Assembly (NCBI GenBank): GCA_964016885.1
Contig: OZ024745.1
Location: 99,820,001-99,884,000 of the forward strand
Source: Eledone cirrhosa
Lineage: Eukaryota
Direction of reading: 5' to 3'
Length of the DNA stretch: 64,000 nt
A program made the position numbers and the translations under genes. Under the pieces are notes generated by a model. The model was not told the DNA's origin. It was given only the letters and a program-made list of their open reading frames with translations, and did not search any database. Below are positions 43,734 through 57,149 of this stretch, one piece after another (position 1 is the first letter of the stretch; each line of letters opens with the position of its first letter).

Positions 43734-46704
43734 ATCATCATCATCATCATCATCATTTTACGTCCGCTTTTCCCTGCTTGCAAGGGTGGGACGGGTCTTA
43801 TTCAGCACAGCATCTCTCCACTCGTCACGGTCCCTCGTCATCTCCACCGTGAGCTTCAATGATCTGAGGTCTGTTCTCACCACCTCCGCCCATGTTTTTC
43901 GTGGTCTACCTCTACCACGTCTTCCTTCAACTGGCATTTCCTGGCACTTCTTCACCCATCGGTCATCCTCCATGCGCATCACATGTCCATACCACCTCAG
44001 TCTCCTCTCCCGTACACTACATTCTATCCCTCTCAGACACAGTTTCTCTCTCAACACATTTATGCTGGGTCGTTCACGCACATTTACACTGCACATCCAA
44101 CGGAGCATGCTTGCCTCATTTCTCTCCAGCCGTCGCATATCTTCTGCGGTAGCTGCCCATGTCTCACTACCATGCAGCATCGCGCTCCTCACACAGGCAT
44201 CATACAACCGGCCTTTCGTACGCAGGGAGAAACCCTTCTTCGTCAACAGAGGAAGCAGCTCCCTAAACTTCTTCCAACCCGTCCTTATTCTAGATACTAT
44301 GGCCTCGGAACACCCTCCTCCCATGCTAATCTGATCTCCTAGGTACCGGAAGCTATCCACCACTTCTATAGCGCCCTCTCGCATTTGAAAAATGTGTCTA
44401 TCAGTGCGACTTCTACTGTCTAATTTCCCTGTACATCTACTGCATACATATTTCTCCCTACCTGTTAGTTTGCCTGCTATCCCGCTACATCTCTTGTGTA
44501 CCCAGGACCTACATTGTGTGCATTTTATAGAATTTATGCCAGTTCCTTTTCTGCATATCGAACATGGCCATTTCCCTGATGGAATCAGGGTTTTGTCCTC
44601 TTTTCTACTCATCAACACTTTTGTCTTAGCTAGATTTACTCTCAGTCCTCTTGCTTCCAACTGCTGTTTCCATAGCCGGAATTTATTCTCTAGCTCCTCT
44701 ACTGATTCTGCCATAAGAGCCAGATCGTCAGCATAGAGAAGTTCCCATGGACAGCCAGTCTTAAACTCCTCTGTTATGGCTTGGAGGACTATAATGAACA
44801 AGAGCGGGCTGAGGACCGAACCCTGATGTACTCCTACTTGTATCTGGAATTCCTCACTAAACTCCATTCCTACCCTGACTTTACTGAGAGTACCTCTGTA
44901 CAAAGTTTGCACTGTCCTTACAAGCCATTCCTCAACACCCAGCTTCCTTAGGGACCACCAGATGACAGATCGGGGTACCCTATCAAAGGCCTTCTCTAGG
45001 TCAACAAAGGCTAAGTATAGTGGCTTATTCTTCTCTAAGAACCTCTCTTGCATTTGTCTCACCAAGAAGAGGGCATCTGTTGTACTCTTCCCAGGCACAA
45101 AACCAAACTGCATCTCATCTAGTTTGACCCTTTCTCTAATTAGTTGTGCTAGAATCCTTTCTGCCACTTTCATAACCTGATCTATCAGTTTTATACCCCT
45201 ATAATTGCTCCTCTCCAAAGCATCCCCTTTACCTTTGTAGCAATTTATGAGAATACTGCTGCACCAGTCTTTGGGTATGACACCACCATATATAGCCTGA
45301 TTGATTATGCGTGCAACCAGTTTAGTGCCTACGTCCCCTGATGCCTTCAGCATCTCAGCAACTATTCCCGATGGTCCGGCCGCCTTACCATTTTTCATTT
45401 CCCTAATCGCCTCTTGGACCCTATATTCGTCAATCTCAATAGCTGGTCCCTCTGTCGGATCTACCAAGGGTAATTTCTCTCTCTCCCATTCGTTCTCCAC
45501 ATTCATCAGTCTCTCATAATGACATTTCCAGGCCTCCTTTTTCTGGTCATTCGTGACACTAAGTACACCGGCATCATCCCGGACACATTTATCACCAACA
45601 ACATCCTGATTTGCATTGACACACTGCCTTGCAATGTGGAACACCGCACGCCTCTGATCTTCCCGTCGCAGAACATTGGCAAACCTCCTACTCTCTGCCT
45701 CCCTGCGTGCTAAGTACACCTGACGTCTAGCTTCTCTCTTAGTGGCTGTATATTCTTCCCTACTCCCACCCTTATTCCAAGCCTTCCATGCTAGTCTTTT
45801 GTCTCTAATAGCCTTATCTACACTGCTGTTCCACCACCAGGTCACTCTCTGTCTGGTTGGAGCTCTGCTCCAGCCACAGGTTTCATCAGTAGCCTTCAGC
45901 AAGTTGTCACGTAAGAACTTCCAGTTATTATCTATGTCATACGTCTCTAAATCGTCTTCTTTTTCGTCATATACATCTTGAAGGGCTTTCCTAAATTTGA
46001 ATTTTAGTGAAAGGTCTTTTAGCTTCCAGACCTTTCTTCTCCACACCTTCCTATATGTCTCATTCCATCTCTTGCTTACTGAGATATCACTAACAACTAA
46101 CCTATGCTGTGGGGTACATTCTTCCCCAGGGTATGCCTTGGTATTAGACACTATCTGCCTGTCCCGCTGCCTAACTAGCAGGAAGTCAATCTGGCTTATG
46201 TGCTCACCAGATTTGTAGGTTATTAGGTGATTGGCAGGTTTCTGGAAGTTTGTGTTGCAAATAGTCAATGTACTTGCATCACAAAATTCAAGAAGTCTCA
46301 CTCCTTCTTCATTTCTTGAACCGTAACCGTGCCCACCATGTACCCCAGTGTAACCATCCTGGAGCTGTCCAACATGACCATTGAAGTCTCCTGCTAGCAT
46401 AACGATGTCTCCGTCCTCTGTCATTGTGGTTGTTTGCAAAAGTTGCTCATAAAAGCAGTCTTTCTCATCTTTGCCTAGGCCTGCTTGGGGAGCATAGACC
46501 GAGATGATTGTCAGTAGTCTCCTACCTACAACTAATCTAAGCTTAATTATTCGATTACTAACTCGAACTACCTCTATTGTCTTATTGATCCATTTCTCAG
46601 CCAGGAAAATGCCTACTCCCCCTAACCCATCATCCTTACCTACCCAGAATAGCTTATAGCTAAGACGCTTGCCTACGACTAGTCTCGCAGAGGCACCCCT
46701 CCAT
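43733..46704 (-). mobile_element. Young RTE-clade LINE with intact 3' end and (GAT)n tail; 5' end lost in the assembly gap
   Basis: Single open frame from the gap to the stop at 43758; (CAT)n at 43734-43756 on the plus strand. Confidence 0.97.
43758..46704 (-). CDS. LINE ORF: APE endonuclease plus reverse transcriptase with inserted PHD-like finger (5' incomplete)
   Basis: About 980 codons without a stop: [29 protein letters not shown] (APE); [39 protein letters not shown] (RT); [15 protein letters not shown]. Confidence 0.96.
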
Positions 46705-46904
46705 NNNNNNNNNNNNNNNNNNNNNNNNNNNNNNNNNNNNNNNNNNNNNNNNNNNNNNNNNNNNNNNNNNNNNNNNNNNNNNNNNNNNNNNNNNNNNNNN
46801 NNNNNNNNNNNNNNNNNNNNNNNNNNNNNNNNNNNNNNNNNNNNNNNNNNNNNNNNNNNNNNNNNNNNNNNNNNNNNNNNNNNNNNNNNNNNNNNNNNNN
46901 NNNN
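46705..46904. other. Assembly gap (200 N)
   Basis: Run of N. Confidence 1.
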
Positions 46905-48028
<1,124 letters not shown>

Positions 48029-49389
48029 TAATTCACATGCATATTGTCAAAAGTTTTGACTATTACAAAGCAAAACCCTAAAGAACTGTATAACCAATGC
48101 GACATATTCAGAACCGTGGTGCTATCCAAGATATTGAAGAGATACATATGTAAAAAAGGAAGTACATTTAACTAACCAGAAAACAGATGGTTGAAAAGGA
48201 TTCCTTGTTATCACCCGACACCATTCGGGACACTTTAGTGGATATAATCTACACCCATAACCTTAATGTATGAAGATATAGGCAAGAAAATAGATATCTA
48301 AAAAAATAGTAAATCTAGATAGATTTAAAAAACATTAAAAGTTAACGAGAATAAACAATATGCCACGTTTTGGTCATTTTGGTTCTTTTCCACATTATAA
48401 CCTTCCAGTTCCGATTGATAACATGCTTATATAAGAGATACATAAATAAATATAATTTACGTCAGACGTGGTGTTTCCTACGTTTTAGTGTATTCCGCGT
48501 CATTTAGTACTAGCAAATAAAACTTAATGTCACACTGCCAATCCTGAAAATTACTGCTTCTCTTTGAAAGTAAATCTGACGTCATTGGAGGCAATATTAA
48601 GGGAGGAGAAAACAGATTGTAATTATTATATATATATCACTGATCTGTAATTAATACTGCTAACGGTTTAAATCCTATCTAAAATGAACATACCATCAAT
48701 ATCGCTAAATTTTAATTGAAAGAATGTTGGGCAACAGCAACTAGGATAGCTCGTATTTCCTTATTGATATCGCCAATAAAGAAATCATTATTGACCCATA
48801 TAAATATCCAATTAAGATTTCATCTACCTATTTAGAATCGTTTAGTACAATTGGTTATTATGTTATCAATTAGCACCATGTTAACTTTGTCGCTCAACCA
48901 CCCTCCTGGAAATTCTGTCACGTGGCTAATGAACGTACAGTGATACGGGGGACAGGCTGAGAGAGGCGGTAATGTTCGTTTATAGTTGTGATTCCCAACG
49001 TGGGGGTACAAGCATCACAGGAGAGCAATTTGAATATTGAGAGCAAACTTCAGTTGTTACCTTATTACTTTAACACTAAGGCAACTTTGGAACAAAGTAC
49101 TGTCGGAAACTCCTGTCTCACCTCTTCCACATGTTATTGTGCATCTGGCATCACCCATATGCCAATTTGTTTACACAAAGTGATTCAAAGACGCAAGGTC
49201 AGTCCGAATGGCTCCGCTGTTTTTATATCAAAGTGGGGCATAGAAATGTTTGAGCAGTAAAAGGTTAAATAGCAGTAAGAATACACGCGGAATAAATTCC
49301 GGAAATAAATACTCGGAAGTCTCACTTGAAGTCAATGATAAGTTTTGCTACTTGTCACCTAATTCGTAGAGGATGGATGTACAGAAACC

Positions 49390-49800
49390 ATGGTTACTAT
49401 GGTGAAAATGGAATAGAAAAAGTTTAGGGAGCTCCTACTTTTGCTGACAACAAAGAGTGAAGGGCAGATTGTATGATGCTTGTGTACGACGTGCGTTGCT
49501 ATATGGTAACGAATGGTGGGTCATTAATCTAGAAAATATGTGATGAATTGAAATAAATTAAGCGACTGTTTTGCTGGATGTGTAATGTTCGTATGAATAA
49601 ACTGAATACAAACGAGAGGAAAGTTAGATACAAAAAAAAGGAATTAGATCTAACGTGCAAAAGACATTGCTATTTGATGTGGCTGAAACATGAACTGTAG
49701 AAGACGTAGATCAAAGAAGATATGGAACGAAGTCGTAAATACCGACTCGTTAAAATGACGAAAGACTGACGACTTAGTGACACGCTGAGTGGAGGAAAAT
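49390..49800 (+). mobile_element. Highly decayed RTE LINE 3' fragment
   Basis: AAGTTTAGGGAGCTCCTAC and GGCAGATTGTATGATGCTTGTGTACG ([15 protein letters not shown]). Confidence 0.7.
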
Positions 49801-50641
49801 CCAAACATTGGTGAAACCAGAGAGAAACAGCCTTTAAAATAAATACGGCTAGGAGGGAGATCGGGATATATATGAAACTCTCGTCCACTAAACTCGTAAG
49901 TTTCCACCTCTTACCTCACTTACTACTCTCACCGATCACCTTTAATACTTCTCACTATGCCGCGCTGAGTGATAGGAGAGGCTTATATTGGAACAGTTTC
50001 GGGTAAAAAAAAATGTTCATTTGTTCACTGGTCTATAAGATTCCAAACAATAATTAATTGATTATATGTATGTATTTCTATCTGATATATATGTAATAAA
50101 AAGTTGGTGTATTTGAATTTCAAGTTATCGACATTTCATTTTCTTTTGTGTTTTAATATGTCCTTTCAGATTTTTGTTAATTGTTTCAAAAATGAATTTT
50201 GTTGTGGTAAATATATTTAGATTTGCCTTAACAAAAATACCGTGGGGTTAGCAAAACTTCGTCCCCCTGCTAAATATATGACGTGAAATATGAAAGGATG
50301 CTGGTCCAAGAAAGCGTTTCTTATTTTGTTAAGAATCTTACGTCCAAGATATCAGAAAGAAAAGACATGTATCTTGACGGTCTTTAGCGAAATAAATCAA
50401 AATATATGTCCCCAGTAATTGAAACCAGCTTACTGAGTGAAGCTCGCCAAAAGTTTACCTCGACCGTATGCCGCACACCATACAAATAAAATAATATGAA
50501 AGTAATTTAGCCGCAAACACAATGACCCATTATGACAAAGAATTCAGAAGATTAATAAGTAATTGCTATATCAGTACGATTCCAGATGTTAAAGGGAATA
50601 TTTCAAAATGTAAAACAAAAGCAATAAATATAGGAAATCAT

Positions 50642-50672
<31 letters not shown>

Positions 50673-50679
<7 letters not shown>

Positions 50680-50855
50680 CAAGGACGATTTGTTAAGCCT
50701 TCATTACGATCAGCTCAAGGTTCGATCTGTATCGATCTGGAATCAAAAGCTCGTCGGACCTCTGTCTAGCTCTACACCTCACCACTGACGTGAACCTAAA
50801 CATCGGGTGCTCACCTGGGTGAACCTACAGTAACTTCACCTTACATTCCCTGGAT
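50673..50855 (+). mobile_element. Internally deleted relative of the 11923-12264 element
   Basis: Shares CAAGGACGATT..CCTTCATTAC, GATCAGCTCAAGGTTCGATCTGTAT and the tail GTGAACCTAAACAT..GGTGAACCTACA..CCCTGGATATA; flanked by (TA)n. Confidence 0.8.
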
Positions 50856-51389
50856 ATATTATATATATATATATAATTGTGTGTTGGTATTTTAACGATA
50901 GATTATTGAGCCCTCTGCCACTCATTGTCGGTTTTGTTTATCGTAAATTCGTGAGCTGATTTTCCGATACTCGATTATTCTTATATATATATATAATATA
51001 TATATATATAATATATTATAATATATATAGCAGTACTCACAAGTTTTTCAATAAAACAAGAGACATCTGAATAAAAATAATGGTAAAAATGCTGCCGTTA
51101 ATTAATTATTGTGTCCATTCACTACTTAAATATTTGGAAGGGTGAGAGGTGTTATATAACGAGCTGCTATAGGTTATACAATACATTTTCTCTTTGAAAA
51201 GATGTATACATTGATATTATTACAGATGAAAATGTGAGGTAATTATAAGCAGATAGGCTTAGCTTGATTAACACTTGAACTATTTGTTTTTGAAAGCGCG
51301 CGCGTACGATCACACACACACAACAACATACACACACTGGCGTAAGGATGCAACGTACACATACTGGCGTAAACACACAACGAACACTT

Positions 51390-51545
51390 TCAGTGTTCTT
51401 GAATTCAAATCTCGCTGAGGTTAGCTTTGCCGTTCATCCTTTCGGGGGTCGATAAAATAAGTATCAGTAGTACAGCTGGAGTCGATTTAATCGACTTTCT
51501 CCGCCCTCAAATTGTTGGCCTTGCCGCTCAATTAGAAACCATTAT
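51390..51545 (+). mobile_element. SINE family B, 5'-truncated
   Basis: TTCAAATCTCGCTGAGGTTAGCTTTGCCGTTCATCCTTCGGGGGTCGATAAAAT. Confidence 0.8.
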
Positions 51546-52929
51546 TTCAAGGTTTTTAAAAAATATTTTGTTACATAAATTACACTAAAAGAATGTTTAA
51601 AATGTTTATGATGAAATAACTATTACGACCCAAACAGATTTAAGCTAATTTACATTGGTTGTATATTAGCCCTTCAGTTTAAATTAGGAAACAAGTTAAA
51701 TAAGAGCAACTGAATTGAATATGAATGGACTGTAAGCAACAGGATTCAGTTTTTAAACACAATACAAGACGAGCTTTCCAAGGTCCCTTGGAAAGCGTAC
51801 ATCAATATTGCATTAAATACAATTTATTAAGACCTTAAACTTACAAAAATGGTGAAGATAGGAATACTGTACTCTACTATAATCTTCACTTTCGTTATGT
51901 CAAATTGCGCCCATTGTTCAAGTTTCAAAGTATAATAATTGCTTCTACCTTTGGCACAAGGCCAGCAATTATCCCAGTGCATTATTGCATCGAAATCCCG
52001 CAAGGATGAAAAGAACTATTGTAACCGTAACGACACAAAAAGCAATATCCAAGACCCTATTTATCGAACCTTGTTGAGAAGTGTGAAATTGGCAAAACTT
52101 ATCTATCAAATTATATTTATCATGAAGAGCTAATTTTATCACACTAAACATTATTTAATCTTTTAAAAAACCTTATGGAATTGTTAAAAACTAATTACTA
52201 AAATACCCTTTAATAAATTGAGAATCAATATCAATTTCATTAAATTGGATTTACATTACAATAATTATATTTTTTCTCCCCAAACTACCAAAAAACACAT
52301 CTATTTGTATATACGCTACAATTTATGCACATGTTATGTTTATCGCATATCGAAACTGTTTTTATATGTTGGTTTTATAATTGATAACAGCTAAATTAAT
52401 CGCTACAATTGAACTGACCCCGCCCCCGCCGAATTCAGAAATGCTTTCACCGCGCCTGCATTAGGATTTTCACTATTCACACATTTTGTAATGCACCGCT
52501 CCTTGCACTTGAATTCATTCTCATTCGAATATTTTCAAATGTTATAAGGCGAACATCTAGTGTTCTTTCTGTGTCTATACATAAACAGACTCATTAACTG
52601 CTTAATGAACACAACCACAAGGATATGGTCCGAACACGGAAGAACCGAACTCCCACTGTCATCACCTCCATCCCTATCTCTCTGTAGAGTGATGCAAATG
52701 GGGTCCTACGTGCTGGCCTCCCCACAATCCTGGCGGACAGAATGCAGAAGCCGTTTCCCCGGAGGATGGATGGTAACGGAGATGCGCTATTCAAGACGTA
52801 GAGTTAGTTTCAATGGCTACTGGCCTGAGAACAGTATAAAACTCAAATTATAGAATTTACATTTCATTCTTTAATCTCTACGCCCTTTTTTCTGTGCGTA
52901 TATATATTATATACTATATATTATAATAT

Positions 52930-53098
52930 AGGGAACCGAGTAGGACCCCGACGGCTGAGCTCATAATTAGCCGTCGAAACGGCTTGAGCTCAGCCGTTGG
53001 GGTCCTACTCGTTCCTATTACCCACTCTACTACCCTAAGTATTGAGTACTTTGGTACGTTATGGTCCACCTGGTTCCTTACCACATTTCCTTCGTTAT
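52930..53098 (+). mobile_element. Palindromic fold-back element (copy 2, apex deleted)
   Basis: Same ends as 54004-54203, with ~25 nt near the hairpin apex missing. Confidence 0.85.
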
Positions 53099-53126
53099 AG
53101 AGAGAGAGAAAGAGAGAGAGAGAGAG

Positions 53127-53335
53127 AGGCGGTGGAACTGGGGGGGGGGGGGGCATGGGCCCCAATCAACACATCTATTTGTATATGCGGTACAATTTAT
53201 GTACATGTTTTGGTTATTGCATATCGAAGTTTTTCATGTCTTGGTTGATGTTTGATAACAGCTAAACTAATAACTACAACTAAATTGACTAAATTTGCCC
53301 CCCCCCCCCCCTCAGAAATGTTTCCACTGCCCCTG
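53127..53335. mobile_element. MITE with GGCGGTGGAA...TTCCACTGCCCCTG termini (hAT-like)
   Basis: Terminal inverted repeats with poly-G/poly-C subtermini; truncated relative at about 52290-52460. Confidence 0.6.
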
Positions 53336-53610
53336 ATTATATATTTTTCGCTGTTTTCTCTTTTCTTCCCTTTTGCTTTCCTTCCCTACCTCCTCAGTTT
53401 TCCCAATAACTTATCCAGTTATTGACGCCCTAGGGCGAGATATATTGTCTTTAAAGCGTAAAAATATCCGATACCCCAGTAGACAACTACTTGCTACTGG
53501 GGGGGGGGGGTCTTGCTTTCTTCGTATTCCCACTGCATTTTAAGTTACCTTAAATAGCAACTACACAGCCATTTCTATTCTCCATATATTTCGTTATATA
53601 TATATATACA

Positions 53611-53821
53611 AGGGCGGTGGATTGGCAGCATCCGTAGGGAGTCGGACACCATGCTTTGCAACAGAGTTACAGTCCGAGTTCAAATCCTGCCGAGGTTAAC
53701 TTTGCCTTGCATCCTTACGGGGTCGATAAAATAAAGCACCGGTAACGCGCTGGGGTCGATTTAATCGACTTTCCCCTCCTCCTAAATTGCTGGCCTTGTG
53801 CCTATACTAGAAATCATTATA
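53611..53821 (+). mobile_element. SINE family B, full length
   Basis: GGCGGTGGATTGGCAGCATC...GAGTTCAAATCC...CTAGAAATCATTAT. Confidence 0.88.
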
Positions 53822-53965
53822 TACACACACACTCACACACGTTTAGTATTGACGAAGGTGAGAATGACTTAAGGCTGATCATAGCTGTTACTCTGGTGTT
53901 TCTCCTGTATGTTTAAGGTTCCTCGGGTAAAACTCGCTGGATCAGCTTTAACAATACACACACAC

Positions 53966-54003
<38 letters not shown>

Positions 54004-54009
<6 letters not shown>

Positions 54010-54200
54010 AACGAGTAGGACCCCGACGGCTGAGCTCAAGCCGTTTCGACGGCTAATTCTGGACTCCAGAATTAGCCGTCGAAACGGCTTGAGCTCAGCC
54101 GTCGGGGTCCTACTCGTTCCTATAACCCACTCTACTACCCTAAGTATTGAGTACTTTGGTGCGTTATGGTCCACCTGGTTCCTTACAACATTTCCTTCGT

Positions 54201-54203
<3 letters not shown>
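54004..54203 (+). mobile_element. Palindromic fold-back element (copy 3, perfect 60-bp arms)
   Basis: 54004-54063 is the exact reverse complement of 54065-54124; tail to 54203; (TA)n on both sides. Confidence 0.9.
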
Positions 54204-54240
<37 letters not shown>

Positions 54241-54360
54241 TACACATACACATATGTGTGTATTTCTTTTGAATCCAATTGAAAATAGCCATATAAATAT
54301 GAGTGTTTTGTCCACGTTCAAATGCTGACAACTTTTCCCTCTCATTAATTGGGGCTGGGA

Positions 54361-54817
54361 AGGCGGTGAATTGGCAGTATCGGTAGAGGGTCGGACGCCA
54401 TGCTTTGCAACATCGAGTTACGGTTCTTTACAATCCGAGTTCAAATCCCGTCGAGGTTAACTTTGCCTTTCATCCTTACGGGGGTCGATAAAATGAAGTA
54501 CCAGTCACGCACTGGAGTCGATTTAATCGACTCCCCCACCCCACCCCAAATTACTGGCCTTGTGCCTATACTAGAAATCATTATGATAGTTATTTTTAGG
54601 GCGGTGGATTGGTAGCATCAGTAGAGGGTCGGACGCCTTGCTTTATAGCATAGAGTTACGGCCCCTTATGATCAGAGTTCAAATCCCGCCGAGGTGAACT
54701 GTCTTTCATCCTTACGGGGTGGACAAAATAAAGTACTAGTCACGCACTGGGGTCGATTTAATCGACTGTCCCTTCCCCCAAAATTGCTGGCCTTGTGCCC
54801 ATATAAGAAACCATTAT
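54361..54817 (+). mobile_element. Two head-to-tail SINE family B copies
   Basis: 54361-54585 and 54598-54817 are diverged full-length copies. Confidence 0.88.
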
Positions 54818-55167
54818 TTGGGGCTGGGAGTCTGGTGTGGAAGTAGTTCGTAAAATAAAAAAAAACAATAATAATTCGAACCTATTCAAGCGTACATGTC
54901 TTTTTTCCTCCAAATTTGTGCAGTTATAGAAAAAGGAAATTCCTTCGGATCTAAGTGGTTTATTTATAGGAACTACAGGCATGTGGTTGGAATGTCTCGG
55001 GGGGGGGGGGGGGAATAGCTAGGCAGGAAACCCAGAGCAAGATAGTCGAATATCATCTAGGAGCTCGATTTCTCTCGCTTCAGGATCCAACCGGATCAAT
55101 TGGAGACGGTTGCTTCTGACGCGACCCGCTGGAAGGTGTGTTTGAGGACTGTGCCGCACCACCCTCT

Positions 55168-55200
<33 letters not shown>

Positions 55201-55454
55201 ATTTGCGTATGAAAAACATCTTGGAGAATAATTTTGAAAATTCTGAACTGATATACAATTTTATGAAGGAAAAATAAATAAATTAAAACAAAAACTAATT
55301 TGCTAAGAATTCAACTATAACAGAAGTTCTCTAACTTTTGGGGCCACTACCCCCTTATGGCCATGTAATTCCCTCAACGCCTATTTCCAGAGAGACCTAC
55401 CTACATGCAAATTGTAAATAATGTATAATAAATAAAATCGTTAATTGATATATA

Positions 55455-55920
55455 ATTGTTTCTACTTTAGGCACAAGGCCAGCAATTACCCAGTTCATTA
55501 CTGGTACTTTATTTTATCGACCCCGTCAGGATGAAAGGAAAAGTCAACCTCGGCGGGATTTGATATATAATATAATATATACTATGTATTAATGAATATT
55601 ATATATTTTTTATTTTACTATATTTATATGTATGTATCATCTGATATATAATATACTATTATATCATCTCTTCCACCACCCCTTAGGCCCCTGCACCTTC
55701 TCGAGCCCCCTCCCCCTCCCGGGGGGGGGGGGGGGGGTTAGTAGCGCCCACTTTGAGACCTCTGAACTGCAATAATAATTGTTTCCACTTTAGGCACAAG
55801 GCCAGCAATTACCCAGTGCATTACTGGTACTTTATTTTATCGACCCCGTGAGGATGAAAGGCAAAGTCAACCTCGGCGGGATTTGAACTCAGATCGTAAA
55901 GGGACGTAACTATGCTGCCA
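55455..55920 (-). mobile_element. Two partial SINE family B copies
   Basis: 55455-55562 and 55772-55920 are reverse complements of family B and share an internal deletion. Confidence 0.85.
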
Positions 55921-55964
55921 TGCAATAATAATAACAATTGTTTCTACTTTAGATAATAATAATT

Positions 55965-56125
55965 ATGCCACGTGATTAAAAATTTCGCTTCGCAATCACG
56001 TGCTTTGGAGTTCAGTCTCATCGCGAAGCACCTTTGGTATGTATTTACTATAGCTTCTGGTTGACCAATGTCCTGTCAATAAAGTTTGGTATGGTAGACG
56101 GAAACTCTACGGAAGCCCACCGGAT
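55965..56125 (+). mobile_element. tRNA-derived SINE (family C)
   Basis: B-box-like GAGTTCAGTC, GCACCTTTGG..., end GGTAGACGGAAACT..GAAGCCC followed by TA repeats. Confidence 0.55.
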
Positions 56126-56182
56126 ATTATATATACATATATATGTATATAATATATACATATATATGTATATATGCATATA

Positions 56183-56214
<32 letters not shown>

Positions 56215-56772
56215 CACACGTGTCAATGTCAGTGTTCGACAAAAAGAAAGGTCGATAAAATAAGTACTAGACGTTTTTTTTTTTTTTAAGTGCTGAGTTC
56301 GACATGATCGACTAAAATTCTTTCAGGATAGTGCCCCAGCATGACAATCTAATGGTTGAAACTAGAAAAAGAAAAAAAGTAAAAGAATTCTATCTCTATA
56401 ATATGACACTAACAAAGAAAAACAGACATCGAAGAAAAAGGGTTTATAACAATTACGACAAATACATTCATGATGCGTAACGAAAACACTAATTTTTTTT
56501 ATTTAGGAGGTTTAACACCTGCCCAGAGCCGCAGGGCCTAAGATCTTCAGCATAACATATTTTGCTTTGTTCTTTACAAGTTGTAATTTGCCTTAATCTA
56601 GGGTGGGCAAATTATTACTCTAAATAATGATTTCTTTTATTTATTGTTTCTTTATTTTATTATTGTAGATTATATACTTTATTTAGATTCAATATTCCAC
56701 TAAACGTGGAAGACACAACTGTAGACACTCACATCTATTGCTACCATGGCCTGACTTAGGTGCCAGATTGAA

Positions 56773-57149
<377 letters not shown>

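Noticed and set aside
53400-53600. CGCCCTAGGGCG palindrome and CCCCAGTAG/CTACTGGGG hairpin, possibly a sixth decayed hammerhead element
   Set aside because: Core positions read TTATTGA and GAGA rather than CTGANGA and GAAA, and there is only one copy here, so support is insufficient.
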